Shown: in pieces, positions 39,155-47,374 of the stretch
Layout of the letters: each line of letters opens with the position of its first letter
Position numbering within the stretch: position 1 is the stretch's first letter
From: Bacteroidales bacterium
GTDB taxonomy: Bacteria; Bacteroidota; Bacteroidia; Bacteroidales; UBA932
Reading direction: 5' to 3'
DNA: 64,000 bases
NCBI GenBank assembly: GCA_017620335.1
Contig: JAFZQO010000043.1
Location: forward strand, 13,653 to 77,652
Notes under the pieces: generated by a model
Databases searched by the model: none
Told to the model about the DNA's origin: nothing
The model's input: only the letters and a program-made list of their open reading frames with translations
Program-made: the position numbers and the translations under genes

Positions 39155-42100
39155 AGGGAAGAAATACGGCTGGCGTGACTATCTGTCCTGGGGGCTGCTG
39201 CTCCTCAGCGTTTCCGTGCTGCTCTGGGCCACGGCCTTCGACAGTTCGCCGGGCAATACCGACCAGGCCGCTAAACGCGTGGAGAAGACCGTCGACCGGA
39301 GGATGAACAGGCTTGACAGCTACATCCTGAAGGCCCTGCAGGGAGACTGGACCGAATGGATGGATCTCGACAACCTTCCGTCCGACATGGTGGTCTACCG
39401 GTATGTGGACAATACGCTCCAGTCCTGGGCCCACACTTTCATCGTGCTCAACGACGGGGTCCAGTCGCGCATGCTCTTCCAGCGCCTGACCGACCCGAAT
39501 AACAACCTCACTTCGCCCTTTTCCGACCTGTCCAGCACGACCACGTTCATGAACATCGGTCAGAGCTGGTACCTCGTCAAGATGGTCGCGCTGAACGAGT
39601 GCAAGGTGGTGGGCGGCCTCGAGGTGACCGACGCCATGGACACGCGCGGCGGCAACGGCGTCAATCCCTTGCTGCACCTCGACGACCGCTTCTCCGTCGT
39701 GCCGCTCTCGACCAGCGGCGGCTCCGTGGTGAGCATGGACGGGAGGCCCCTGTTCAAGATACTCCAGGAGACCCTCAAGAGCGCTCCGGCGGCGGACATC
39801 AATCTCGTCTGGCTCGCCCTCCTGATCCTGGTCGCGGCGATGCTCTTCTTCCTTTCCGCGCACCGCACCATGCGCCGCTTCTGGGTGTCGCTGGGTACCA
39901 TCGTGGCGGCCCTGGCCGCCCTCTACCTTTGGGGCAAGGAGGTGCACGGCGGCTCCGACCTGTTCTCGCCCACGCTATATGCCGGCGGCCAGCTGCTCTA
40001 CTCGCTTGGCGCCGTTCTCATCATCAACCTCGCAATACTCTCGCTCACGCTCAGCGTCTATCTGATGCGTTTCGAGCTTTACCGGTTCATCCAGGTCAAG
40101 GTCCGCTCCCGCTTCGTCAGGGCGTTGTTCACCGTGGCCACGCTGCTGGCCATGGCCGCCATCGTACTGTACACTCACAAGGCCTTCAGCAGCATAGTCC
40201 TGAACTCCAACATCAACCTCGAGCTGTACAAGCTCAATGAACTGACGGTGTACAGCGGCGTGGTATATATCTCTTTCCTGACCATTCTGGTCAGCCTTCC
40301 GCTTCTGGCGCAGTTCCTCAGGCCTGCATTCAAGCGGCTGACGGGCAGGCATTTCGACTCCTTCACCGGTATCAACCGCACGCTGGTGGCTATCGCAATA
40401 GGCGTTTATTTTGTGCTGGTGTCCGCGCAGCTGGGATACCGCAAGGAACAAAACCGCATCGAGGTCTGGGCCAACCGCCTGTCGGTGGACAGGGACATCT
40501 CCCTCGAGCTGCAACTCAGGCGGGTCGAGCCGTCGATCGCTGACGACTTTTTCATCTCCTCTCTCTCCGTCCTTCCGAGCACCGCCCCCACGATCCTCAA
40601 CCGCATCGTGGACAGCTACATGTACAGCGTCTCGCAGGACTATGACATCTCGGTGGTGATCATGGAGCCCGACGACCGCGACCCCGCGCTGGTCTCCTAT
40701 TTCAACGAACGCATACGAAACGGTGTCAAGATACACGAGAACTCCCGGTTCTTCTACACGACCACCATCTCCGGTCATCCGCGGTACACGGGTCTGTTCA
40801 CGTATTTCAGCCAGAGGTACGGGGCTTCGTACATGCTGGTGGGGGTGGAGCCCAAGTCCACCCGCGAGTACGGAGGGTATTCCTCTTTGCTAGATATCAC
40901 CGATCCCGGGCGGGTGAACCTGCCCCCGCGCTACTCATATGCCAAGTACAGCAACCGCAACCTGGTGAGCTACAAGGGCAGTTTTGCCTACCCCACGCTC
41001 CTTTCGGACGAGATCCTGCAGAGTTCCGAGTGGGGCGGCTCCAACATGGTGCAGGACGGATACGTGCATTTCGTCACCGACGTCGAGGAGGGCGAGACAG
41101 TCATCATCTCCCGCAAGAAGGAAAGCGTGATGAACTACGCCGTGGCGGTGGTGTCGCTGGCACTGGTGGCGTTCCTGCTCTTTTCGCTGGTGGCCCTGAC
41201 GCGCCGCCGGGAGCGCATCTTCGAGACTTCATATTACAAGAACCGCATCAGCACCGTGCTTATGGTTTCGCTGATCGTCACCCTCATCGCGATGGCCACC
41301 GTCAGCGTGTTCTTCGTGTACGAGCGCAACGACACCAACAAGCAGGAGATGATGTCCGAGAAGATCAACTCCCTGCAGACCATGATGGCGGGAAGCTTCC
41401 GGTACGTCGACGATTTCCGGCAGTTGAATTCGCAGGAGCTCACGGCACTGCTGGAGAACGCGCGCAACATGGCCAAGGCGGACATCACGCTGTATTCCCC
41501 GCAGGGCAAGGCCTTCAAGTCCACGGCCCCGGACGTGTTCGACCGCATGCTGGTGAGCGACCGCATGGACGAGAATGCTTACGAGAACATTGTCTACCGC
41601 AACGCGCGCTATTTTATTAACCGCGAGACGCTGGGCGGGAAGAGGTTCTACTCGCTCTACGCCCCCCTGTTCAACGATAACGGACAGATGGTCGCCATCC
41701 TCTGCTCGCCCTACACCGACGAGAATTACGACTTCGAGATGGAGGCCGTGATGCATCTGGTGACCATCCTCTCGGTGTTCGTGATCCTGCTGCTCCTGGC
41801 CAGGTTCATGGTGTCGACGGTCGTGGACAAGATGCTCGGACCCATCGTGGAGATCGGGCGCAAGATGCACCGCACCAACATCGACAACTTCGAGTACATC
41901 GACTACGACCGCAAGGACGAGATCTCGTCTCTGGTGGATGCGTACAACCTCATGGTGGACGACCTTGCGGAGAGTACCAAGCAGCTGGCGCAGGCGGAGC
42001 GCGACAAGGCGTGGAGCGCCATGGCGCGCCAGGTGGCGCACGAGATCAAGAACCCGCTGACGCCCATGAAACTCCAGCTGCAGAGGCTCATACGCCTGAA

Positions 42101-42704
42101 GCAGAGGGGCGCCGCCGGATGGGAGGACAAGTTCGACGAAGTGGCTAAGGTGGTGCTTGACCATATCGACATCCTGACCGATACGGCCAACGAATTCTCC
42201 ACTTTCGCGAAGCTTTACACCGAGGAACCTTCGCAGATAGACCTCGACGTCCTGCTGCAGGAGGAGATCTCGATGTTCGACAACAGGGACAACATAGAGT
42301 TCACGTATTACGGCATGGAGGGCGCGTCGGTTACGGGCCCGAAGCCCCAGCTCACACGCGTGTTCGTGAACCTCATCACCAACTCCGTCCAGGCCATCGA
42401 CATCCAGCAGCAGGAGGCCATGGACGCCGGCCGGGAGCCGGAGAAGGGCCGCATCAACGTATCCCTGCGCAATTCCGCGCAGGAGGGTTATTACGATATC
42501 GTCTTCGAGGACAATGGCCCGGGAGTGCAGCCTGAGAACCAGCCGAAGCTCTTCACCCCGAACTTCACCACCAAGAGCGCCGGAACGGGCCTCGGCCTCG
42601 CCATCTGCCGCAGCATACTCGAGAAATGCGGCGCGGACATCACCTATTCCAAGTCATTCACCCTGGAGGGCGCCTGCTTCACGATCCGTTATCCCAAGGG
42701 TTAG
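39147..42704 (+). CDS. Large multi-pass membrane sensor histidine kinase (NtrY-like architecture), no receiver domain
   Basis: ATG at 39147 is preferred over GTG at 39132. Several hydrophobic helices lie in the first ~900 aa. A HAMP-like segment is followed by the H-box MARQVAHEIKNPLTPM, N-box FVNLITNSVQA, G1 EDNGPG and G2 TKSAGTGLGLA. Confidence 0.85.
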   Translation: MNKGKKYGWRDYLSWGLLLLSVSVLLWATAFDSSPGNTDQAAKRVEKTVDRRMNRLDSYILKALQGDWTEWMDLDNLPSDMVVYRYVDNTLQSWAHTFIVLNDGVQSRMLFQRLTDPNNNLTSPFSDLSSTTTFMNIGQSWYLVKMVALNECKVVGGLEVTDAMDTRGGNGVNPLLHLDDRFSVVPLSTSGGSVVSMDGRPLFKILQETLKSAPAADINLVWLALLILVAAMLFFLSAHRTMRRFWVSLGTIVAALAALYLWGKEVHGGSDLFSPTLYAGGQLLYSLGAVLIINLAILSLTLSVYLMRFELYRFIQVKVRSRFVRALFTVATLLAMAAIVLYTHKAFSSIVLNSNINLELYKLNELTVYSGVVYISFLTILVSLPLLAQFLRPAFKRLTGRHFDSFTGINRTLVAIAIGVYFVLVSAQLGYRKEQNRIEVWANRLSVDRDISLELQLRRVEPSIADDFFISSLSVLPSTAPTILNRIVDSYMYSVSQDYDISVVIMEPDDRDPALVSYFNERIRNGVKIHENSRFFYTTTISGHPRYTGLFTYFSQRYGASYMLVGVEPKSTREYGGYSSLLDITDPGRVNLPPRYSYAKYSNRNLVSYKGSFAYPTLLSDEILQSSEWGGSNMVQDGYVHFVTDVEEGETVIISRKKESVMNYAVAVVSLALVAFLLFSLVALTRRRERIFETSYYKNRISTVLMVSLIVTLIAMATVSVFFVYERNDTNKQEMMSEKINSLQTMMAGSFRYVDDFRQLNSQELTALLENARNMAKADITLYSPQGKAFKSTAPDVFDRMLVSDRMDENAYENIVYRNARYFINRETLGGKRFYSLYAPLFNDNGQMVAILCSPYTDENYDFEMEAVMHLVTILSVFVILLLLARFMVSTVVDKMLGPIVEIGRKMHRTNIDNFEYIDYDRKDEISSLVDAYNLMVDDLAESTKQLAQAERDKAWSAMARQVAHEIKNPLTPMKLQLQRLIRLKQRGAAGWEDKFDEVAKVVLDHIDILTDTANEFSTFAKLYTEEPSQIDLDVLLQEEISMFDNRDNIEFTYYGMEGASVTGPKPQLTRVFVNLITNSVQAIDIQQQEAMDAGREPEKGRINVSLRNSAQEGYYDIVFEDNGPGVQPENQPKLFTPNFTTKSAGTGLGLAICRSILEKCGADITYSKSFTLEGACFTIRYPKG

Positions 42705-43810
42705 CGGCGGGACTTGACTTCGCAGTCGAGGGCGCCGTCGGCGAAGAGCAGCGAGACGCGGTCGCCGGGGGCGGCGGCAGCAGCGGACTTCAGCACGCGT
42801 CCGCGTGCGTCCGCCGCGAGGACGTATCCGCGCTTCAGGATGGCGCGCGGGTCCGCCGCCTTGATGCGCGCCTCGAGCAGGTCGATGCGCGAGGCAAGGG
42901 CGTTCACCTTGTTGACGAAAGCCAGGCGCAGGCGCGTGCCGAAGGCGCTGATGCGTTCGTCCTCGGCCATGTAGGAGTCGAGGAACAGGTCGGCGAGGGC
43001 GGTGGGGGTTTTGACGTATGAGAATGCCACCATGTCGGCCACGTGGTGGTCCCGGTCGTGGCCGATCGCGGTATAGACCGGGACGGCGCATTGGGCGATG
43101 CGCCAGCAGAGACCGTAGTCATCAAAGCATGCGAGGTCCAGGACCGAGCCGCCTCCGCGTAGGATCAGGACGGCGTCGTAGGCGGTGCCGGAACTCTCTA
43201 TCCGGTCCAGGGCGTCCACTATGGATTCCGGCGCAGTAGGTCCCTGCATCGTCGCCTCGTAGAGGTCGGTGCGGAAGACGAAGCCGTATTCGTTGCCGTG
43301 GAGGTGGCGGCTGAAGTCGCCGTAGCCGGCGGCGTCGCGCGCCGTGACTACGGCCAGCGCGTACGGCAGCGGCGCCGGCGCGAGCGCCTTCTGGCGCTCC
43401 AGCAGGCCTTCGGCCTCCAGGCGCGCTATCGTGCGCCGCTTCTCCAGCTCCTGCTCCCCGAGCGTGAACTGCGGGTCCAGGTCGTCCACGGTGAGGGTCA
43501 GGCCGTACAGCTCGCTGTACGTGACCTGGACCCGCACCAGCACCGACATCCCCGCCTGCAGGGACGAGCCCGTGGCGGCCACGAAGAACTGGTTCAGCTG
43601 GAAATATTTCGACCTCCAGATGACGGCCTTGGCCCGCGCGGCGATGCCGCTCCCGTCGTTCTGCGAGAGGTCGAGATAGCAGTGCCCGTTCGCCTTCACG
43701 CTGACCGAGGCGATCTCCGCACGCACCCAGACCTTCTCCGGGAAGAGGTCCTCGAGACCGAGTTTCAGACGGGATTGGAGGGTGTACAGGTCGATATATT
43801 CCCTTTCCAT
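42701..43810 (-). CDS. xseA: Exodeoxyribonuclease VII large subunit
   Basis: OB-fold N-terminus (VWVRAEI...NGHCYLDL), then the catalytic region (VTARDAAGYGDF, ILRGGGS..DL..FD, PVYTAIGHDRD). ATG at 43810 is preferred because the GTG at 43834 lies inside the predicted -7 box. Confidence 0.85.
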   Translation of the reverse strand: MEREYIDLYTLQSRLKLGLEDLFPEKVWVRAEIASVSVKANGHCYLDLSQNDGSGIAARAKAVIWRSKYFQLNQFFVAATGSSLQAGMSVLVRVQVTYSELYGLTLTVDDLDPQFTLGEQELEKRRTIARLEAEGLLERQKALAPAPLPYALAVVTARDAAGYGDFSRHLHGNEYGFVFRTDLYEATMQGPTAPESIVDALDRIESSGTAYDAVLILRGGGSVLDLACFDDYGLCWRIAQCAVPVYTAIGHDRDHHVADMVAFSYVKTPTALADLFLDSYMAEDERISAFGTRLRLAFVNKVNALASRIDLLEARIKAADPRAILKRGYVLAADARGRVLKSAAAAAPGDRVSLLFADGALDCEVKSRR

Positions 43811-43833
43811 GTCGAATAGGCTTTTATTCCTCA

Positions 43834-43841
43834 CAAAGGTA
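43834..43841 (-). promoter_or_regulatory. -7 promoter box for xseA
   Basis: CAAAGGTA on + strand equals TACCTTTG on the - strand, 24 nt upstream of the ATG at 43810. Confidence 0.5.
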
Positions 43842-43865
43842 GGAAAATAATTGCGGGAAAATTGT

Positions 43866-43873
43866 TATATTTG
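43866..43873 (+). promoter_or_regulatory. -7 promoter box (TATATTTG) for the engB-prs-der string
   Basis: 23 nt upstream of the ATG at 43897. Confidence 0.5.
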
Positions 43874-43896
43874 CACGCGTTTTAAAGAGGACCCCG

Positions 43897-44493
43897 ATGA
43901 AGATCACTGACGCCAGCTTCGCCGGCAGCAGCACAAGGACGACACAGAAACCCAAGCAGAAACTGCCTGAGTTCGCATTTATAGGCCGGTCGAATGTCGG
44001 CAAGTCCTCGCTCATAAACATGCTCACCGGGCGGAAGAAGCTCGCGATGACTTCCGCCACCCCCGGCAAGACAAAGGTCGTCAACCATTTCCTCATCAAC
44101 GGCAGCTGGTACCTCGTGGACCTTCCCGGCTACGGCTACGCCAAGCTCCCGCAGAAGGCCCGCGACGAACTGAAAGCCCTCATCCGCGACTACATCCACA
44201 ATTCGGAGGAACTGGTCATGCTCTTCGTGCTGGTGGACTCCCGCCACGACATAGGCCGCATCGACCTCGATTTCATGGCCGAGCTCGGAGAGAACGGTGT
44301 CCCCTTCGGCATCATCTACACCAAGTGCGACAAGCAGGGCCCCAACGTCCTCACGGCGCAGATCGCCCGGGACGAGGAACTGCTCCTGCAGGACTGGGAG
44401 ACACTTCCGCCCTCCTTCCGCAGCTCGTCGCAGACCGGCATGGGCCGCGAGGAGATACTGGACTACATCGGAAACATTCTAACTACACTATAG
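43897..44493 (+). CDS. engB: Ribosome-biogenesis GTPase YihA/YsxC (EngB)
   Basis: PEFAFIGRSNVGKSSLIN (G1), PGKT (G2), DLPGYG (G3), TKCDK (G4). 198 aa. Confidence 0.9.
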   Translation: MKITDASFAGSSTRTTQKPKQKLPEFAFIGRSNVGKSSLINMLTGRKKLAMTSATPGKTKVVNHFLINGSWYLVDLPGYGYAKLPQKARDELKALIRDYIHNSEELVMLFVLVDSRHDIGRIDLDFMAELGENGVPFGIIYTKCDKQGPNVLTAQIARDEELLLQDWETLPPSFRSSSQTGMGREEILDYIGNILTTL

Positions 44494-44501
44494 CATCAGA
44501 T

Positions 44502-45479
44502 ATGAACAACGTACACAAAATGGAAATCTTTGCCTGCAGGGCCTCCAAGGACTTTGCAGCCAAGGTGATTGACGGATTGAACGCCCTCAAGTCCCCGGAA
44601 GAGCCCGAGTATTACCTGGGAGACCTCGAGGTCACGCCCTTCAGCGACGGCGAGTTCCAGCCGGCGTACATGGAGAGCGTCCGCGGAGCCACCGTATTCC
44701 TCATCCAGTCAACATTTCCACCGGCGGACAACCTGATGGAGCTCCTGCTCTGCATAGACGCCGCCAAGCGTGCTTCGGCCGACAAGGTCATTGCGGTCAT
44801 CCCTTACTTCGGATGGGCCCGCCAGGACCGCAAGGACAGGCCCCGCGTCTCCATCGGCGCCAAGCTGGCCGCCAACCTTCTGCGCGCCGCCGGAGCCGAC
44901 CGCGTGATGACCTGCGACCTGCACGCCGACCAGATCCAGGGCTTCTTCGACTTCCCGGTCGACCACGTCTATGCGAGCAAGGTGTTCATCCCCGCCATCA
45001 AGGCCATGAACATTCCCGACCTCGCCATAGCCGCCCCTGACATGGGAGGCGCCAAGAGGGCGAACGCATACGCCAAGGACCTCCGCTGCCCGGTCATCAT
45101 ATGCCATAAATCCCGCGCCAAGGCCAACGTCGTCGCCAACATCACCGCCATCGGCGAGGTGGAGGGCAAGAACATCATCATCGTGGACGACATGATCGAC
45201 ACGGCCGGCACGCTGACCAAGGCGGCTGACGTCCTGATGGACATGGGCGCCGCCAGCGTGCGCGCATGCGCCACCCACGGCATCCTGTCCGGTCCCGCGT
45301 ATGACCGCATCAACGCCTCGAAGCTCTCCGAGGTGTTCATCACCGACACCATCCCGCTCCCGACCGATCCCGCGATCGACACACGCAAGATCAAGGTGAT
45401 GAGCATGACGGGCACCTTCGCGTCCATCATCAGGAAAGTGTACAATTACGAGCCCATCAGCCCTGAGTTCATCTTCTAG
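44502..45479 (+). CDS. prs: Ribose-phosphate pyrophosphokinase
   Basis: FSDGE, IPYFGWARQDRK, VMTCDLHADQIQGFF, DMGG.KRA, IIVDDMIDTAGT (PRPP loop). The N-terminal extension of ORF 44325.. overlaps engB and is rejected. Confidence 0.92.
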   Translation: MNNVHKMEIFACRASKDFAAKVIDGLNALKSPEEPEYYLGDLEVTPFSDGEFQPAYMESVRGATVFLIQSTFPPADNLMELLLCIDAAKRASADKVIAVIPYFGWARQDRKDRPRVSIGAKLAANLLRAAGADRVMTCDLHADQIQGFFDFPVDHVYASKVFIPAIKAMNIPDLAIAAPDMGGAKRANAYAKDLRCPVIICHKSRAKANVVANITAIGEVEGKNIIIVDDMIDTAGTLTKAADVLMDMGAASVRACATHGILSGPAYDRINASKLSEVFITDTIPLPTDPAIDTRKIKVMSMTGTFASIIRKVYNYEPISPEFIF

Positions 45480-45485
45480 CGTCCC

Positions 45486-45794
45486 ATGAAAGTCTTCCTC
45501 CTGGCATTCGCGGTCATCGCGCTCTGCGTCTTCGGGATGTGCTTCAACATCATATTCCGGAAGGACGGGGAGTTCCCCGAGTACGAGGTCAGCAGGAACA
45601 AGGACATGCGGCGGCTCGGCATCCGCTGCATGCACGAGGAGGAGGAAGCCCTGCACGGCAAGGCCGGGAAGGTCCCGGAGCACTGCAGGGGAGAGGTCAC
45701 CGAGGCCTGCGCCTCGTGCGCCTTTTACTCCGCACATGCCGACAGCGACCCTGCGCCCTCCGGTTGTGATCCCGGGCGCGGCGAAGAATCTTAA
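45486..45794 (+). CDS. Small membrane-anchored Cys-rich protein, unknown function
   Basis: 102 aa. One N-terminal TM helix (VFLLAFAVIALCVFGMCF), then an acidic tail with 5 Cys including CASC. Tightly packed between prs (6-nt gap) and der (12-nt gap). Confidence 0.5.
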   Translation: MKVFLLAFAVIALCVFGMCFNIIFRKDGEFPEYEVSRNKDMRRLGIRCMHEEEEALHGKAGKVPEHCRGEVTEACASCAFYSAHADSDPAPSGCDPGRGEES

Positions 45795-45806
45795 AACCAT
45801 CTAACT

Positions 45807-47117
45807 ATGAGTCTTGTAGCGATAGTAGGAAGACCCAACGTCGGGAAATCCACCCTCTTCAACCGCCTGGTGGGGATGAGGAAGGCCATCGTGGACGACA
45901 CCGCCGGTGTCACCCGCGACAGGCATTACGGAAAGTGCGAATGGTGCGGCTCGGAGTTCTCCGTGGTCGACACCGGAGGCTATACCTCCAACTCCGAGGA
46001 CGTGTTCGAGAAGGCGATACGCCGCCAGGTCGAGATAGCCATAGATGAAGCCGACGCCGTGCTTTTCATGGTGGAGGCCGGCACCGGCATCACCGACTAC
46101 GACGCCGAGATAGCCGACGTGCTCCGCCGTTCGAAGAAGCCCGTCATCCTCTGCGTCAACAAGGTGGATACCGGCGAGAAGATGTACGACGCGTACCAGT
46201 TCTACAGCCTCGGCCTGGGCGAGGTGTGGAGCATCTCGGCGGCCAACGGCTCCGGGACGGGCGACCTGCTCGACGAAGTCGTGCGGGTCCTCCCGAAGGA
46301 GGAGCAGCCCGCCGCCGACCCCTACGAGGGCGTCCCCAGGATAGCCATCGTCGGCAAACCGAATGTCGGAAAGTCCTCGCTCACCAACGCCCTGCTCGGC
46401 GAGGAGCGCAACATAGTCACGCCCGTGGCGGGCACGACCCGCGACTCCATCGAGACGCATTACAACAAGTTCGGCCACGAGTTCATGCTCGTTGACACCG
46501 CCGGAATACGCAAGAAGTCCAAGGTCCATGAGGACCTGGAGTTCTACTCCGTCCTCCGTTCCATGCGCGCCATCGAGAAGGCCGACGTCTGCATCCTGAT
46601 GATCGACGCCACCACCGGCATGGAGGCCCAGGACATGAACATCTTCAACGTCATCCAGAAGAACCGCAAGGGCTGCGTGCTCGTGGTGAACAAGTGGGAC
46701 CTCTTCATCAAGGACCAGAACACCATGCGCGAGTACACCGAGGGCCTGCGCGCCAGGCTGGCACCCTTCGACGACGTGCCCATCGTCTTCACCTCGGTGG
46801 TGAAGATGCAGCGCGTGATGGACGTCCTGGACGCCGCCGCGAGGGTCTCGGAAAACTACAGCAGGAAGATACCCACAGCCCGGCTCAACGAGGTGATGCT
46901 TCCTATCATCGAGGAGACCCCTCCGCCCGCATGGAAGGGCAAGTACATCAAGGTGAAATACATCACCCAGCTGCCTACGAAGTTCCCTGCCTTCGCCTTC
47001 TTCTGCAACCTTCCGCAGTACATAAAGGACCCGTACAGGCGCTTCCTGGAGAATCAGCTGAGGGACAATTTCGACCTGACCGGATGTCCGGTGCAGATAT
47101 ACTGCAGGCAGAAATGA
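45807..47117 (+). CDS. der: Ribosome-biogenesis GTPase Der (EngA), double GTPase domain
   Basis: Two G-domains (GRPNVGKST...DTGG...NKVD and GKPNVGKSS...DTAG...NKWD) plus a KH-like C-terminus. Confidence 0.95.
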   Translation: MSLVAIVGRPNVGKSTLFNRLVGMRKAIVDDTAGVTRDRHYGKCEWCGSEFSVVDTGGYTSNSEDVFEKAIRRQVEIAIDEADAVLFMVEAGTGITDYDAEIADVLRRSKKPVILCVNKVDTGEKMYDAYQFYSLGLGEVWSISAANGSGTGDLLDEVVRVLPKEEQPAADPYEGVPRIAIVGKPNVGKSSLTNALLGEERNIVTPVAGTTRDSIETHYNKFGHEFMLVDTAGIRKKSKVHEDLEFYSVLRSMRAIEKADVCILMIDATTGMEAQDMNIFNVIQKNRKGCVLVVNKWDLFIKDQNTMREYTEGLRARLAPFDDVPIVFTSVVKMQRVMDVLDAAARVSENYSRKIPTARLNEVMLPIIEETPPPAWKGKYIKVKYITQLPTKFPAFAFFCNLPQYIKDPYRRFLENQLRDNFDLTGCPVQIYCRQK

Positions 47118-47128
47118 CAAAACGTTTT

Positions 47129-47156
47129 AAATCGGCGCGTTCAAACGCGCCGATTT
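47129..47156 (+). terminator. Hairpin after der (probable terminator)
   Basis: AAATCGGCGCGT-TCAA-ACGCGCCGATTT, a perfect 12-bp stem. The T-run is only the 3 T's within the stem, so termination efficiency is uncertain. Confidence 0.5.
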
Positions 47157-47170
47157 ACGTAAAAAATAGT

Positions 47171-47178
47171 TACATTTG
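47171..47178 (+). promoter_or_regulatory. -7 promoter box (TACATTTG) immediately upstream of xseB
   Basis: Matches TAnnTTTG and ends 6 nt before the xseB ATG (47185). This implies a leaderless or near-leaderless transcript. Confidence 0.45.
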
Positions 47179-47184
47179 CGTAAT

Positions 47185-47370
47185 ATGGAAGACTTTGACT
47201 ACCAGAAGGCGATAGCCGCCCTCGAGGAGATAGCGGAGAAGGTCGAAGACCCCTCCGCCGGCCTTGAGGACATAGACCGCTATGTGAAACAGTCCGAGGA
47301 GCTCATCTCGAAGTGCCGTGCATACCTGCGCACCGTCCGGGAGAAGGCCGACACCTCGTTTGAAAAGTGA
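47185..47370 (+). CDS. xseB: Exodeoxyribonuclease VII small subunit
   Basis: 61 aa. FDYQKAIAALEEI..K.E......LE......Y.....L...C...L is the helical-hairpin XseB pattern. Confidence 0.8.
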   Translation: MEDFDYQKAIAALEEIAEKVEDPSAGLEDIDRYVKQSEELISKCRAYLRTVREKADTSFEK

Positions 47371-47374
47371 TGCC

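Noticed and set aside
42701-42704. The 4-nt overlap of the convergent stop codons of the sensor kinase and xseA.
   Set aside because: This is a real feature of the sequence but a trivial consequence of compact gene packing. It is mentioned only under the kinase finding.
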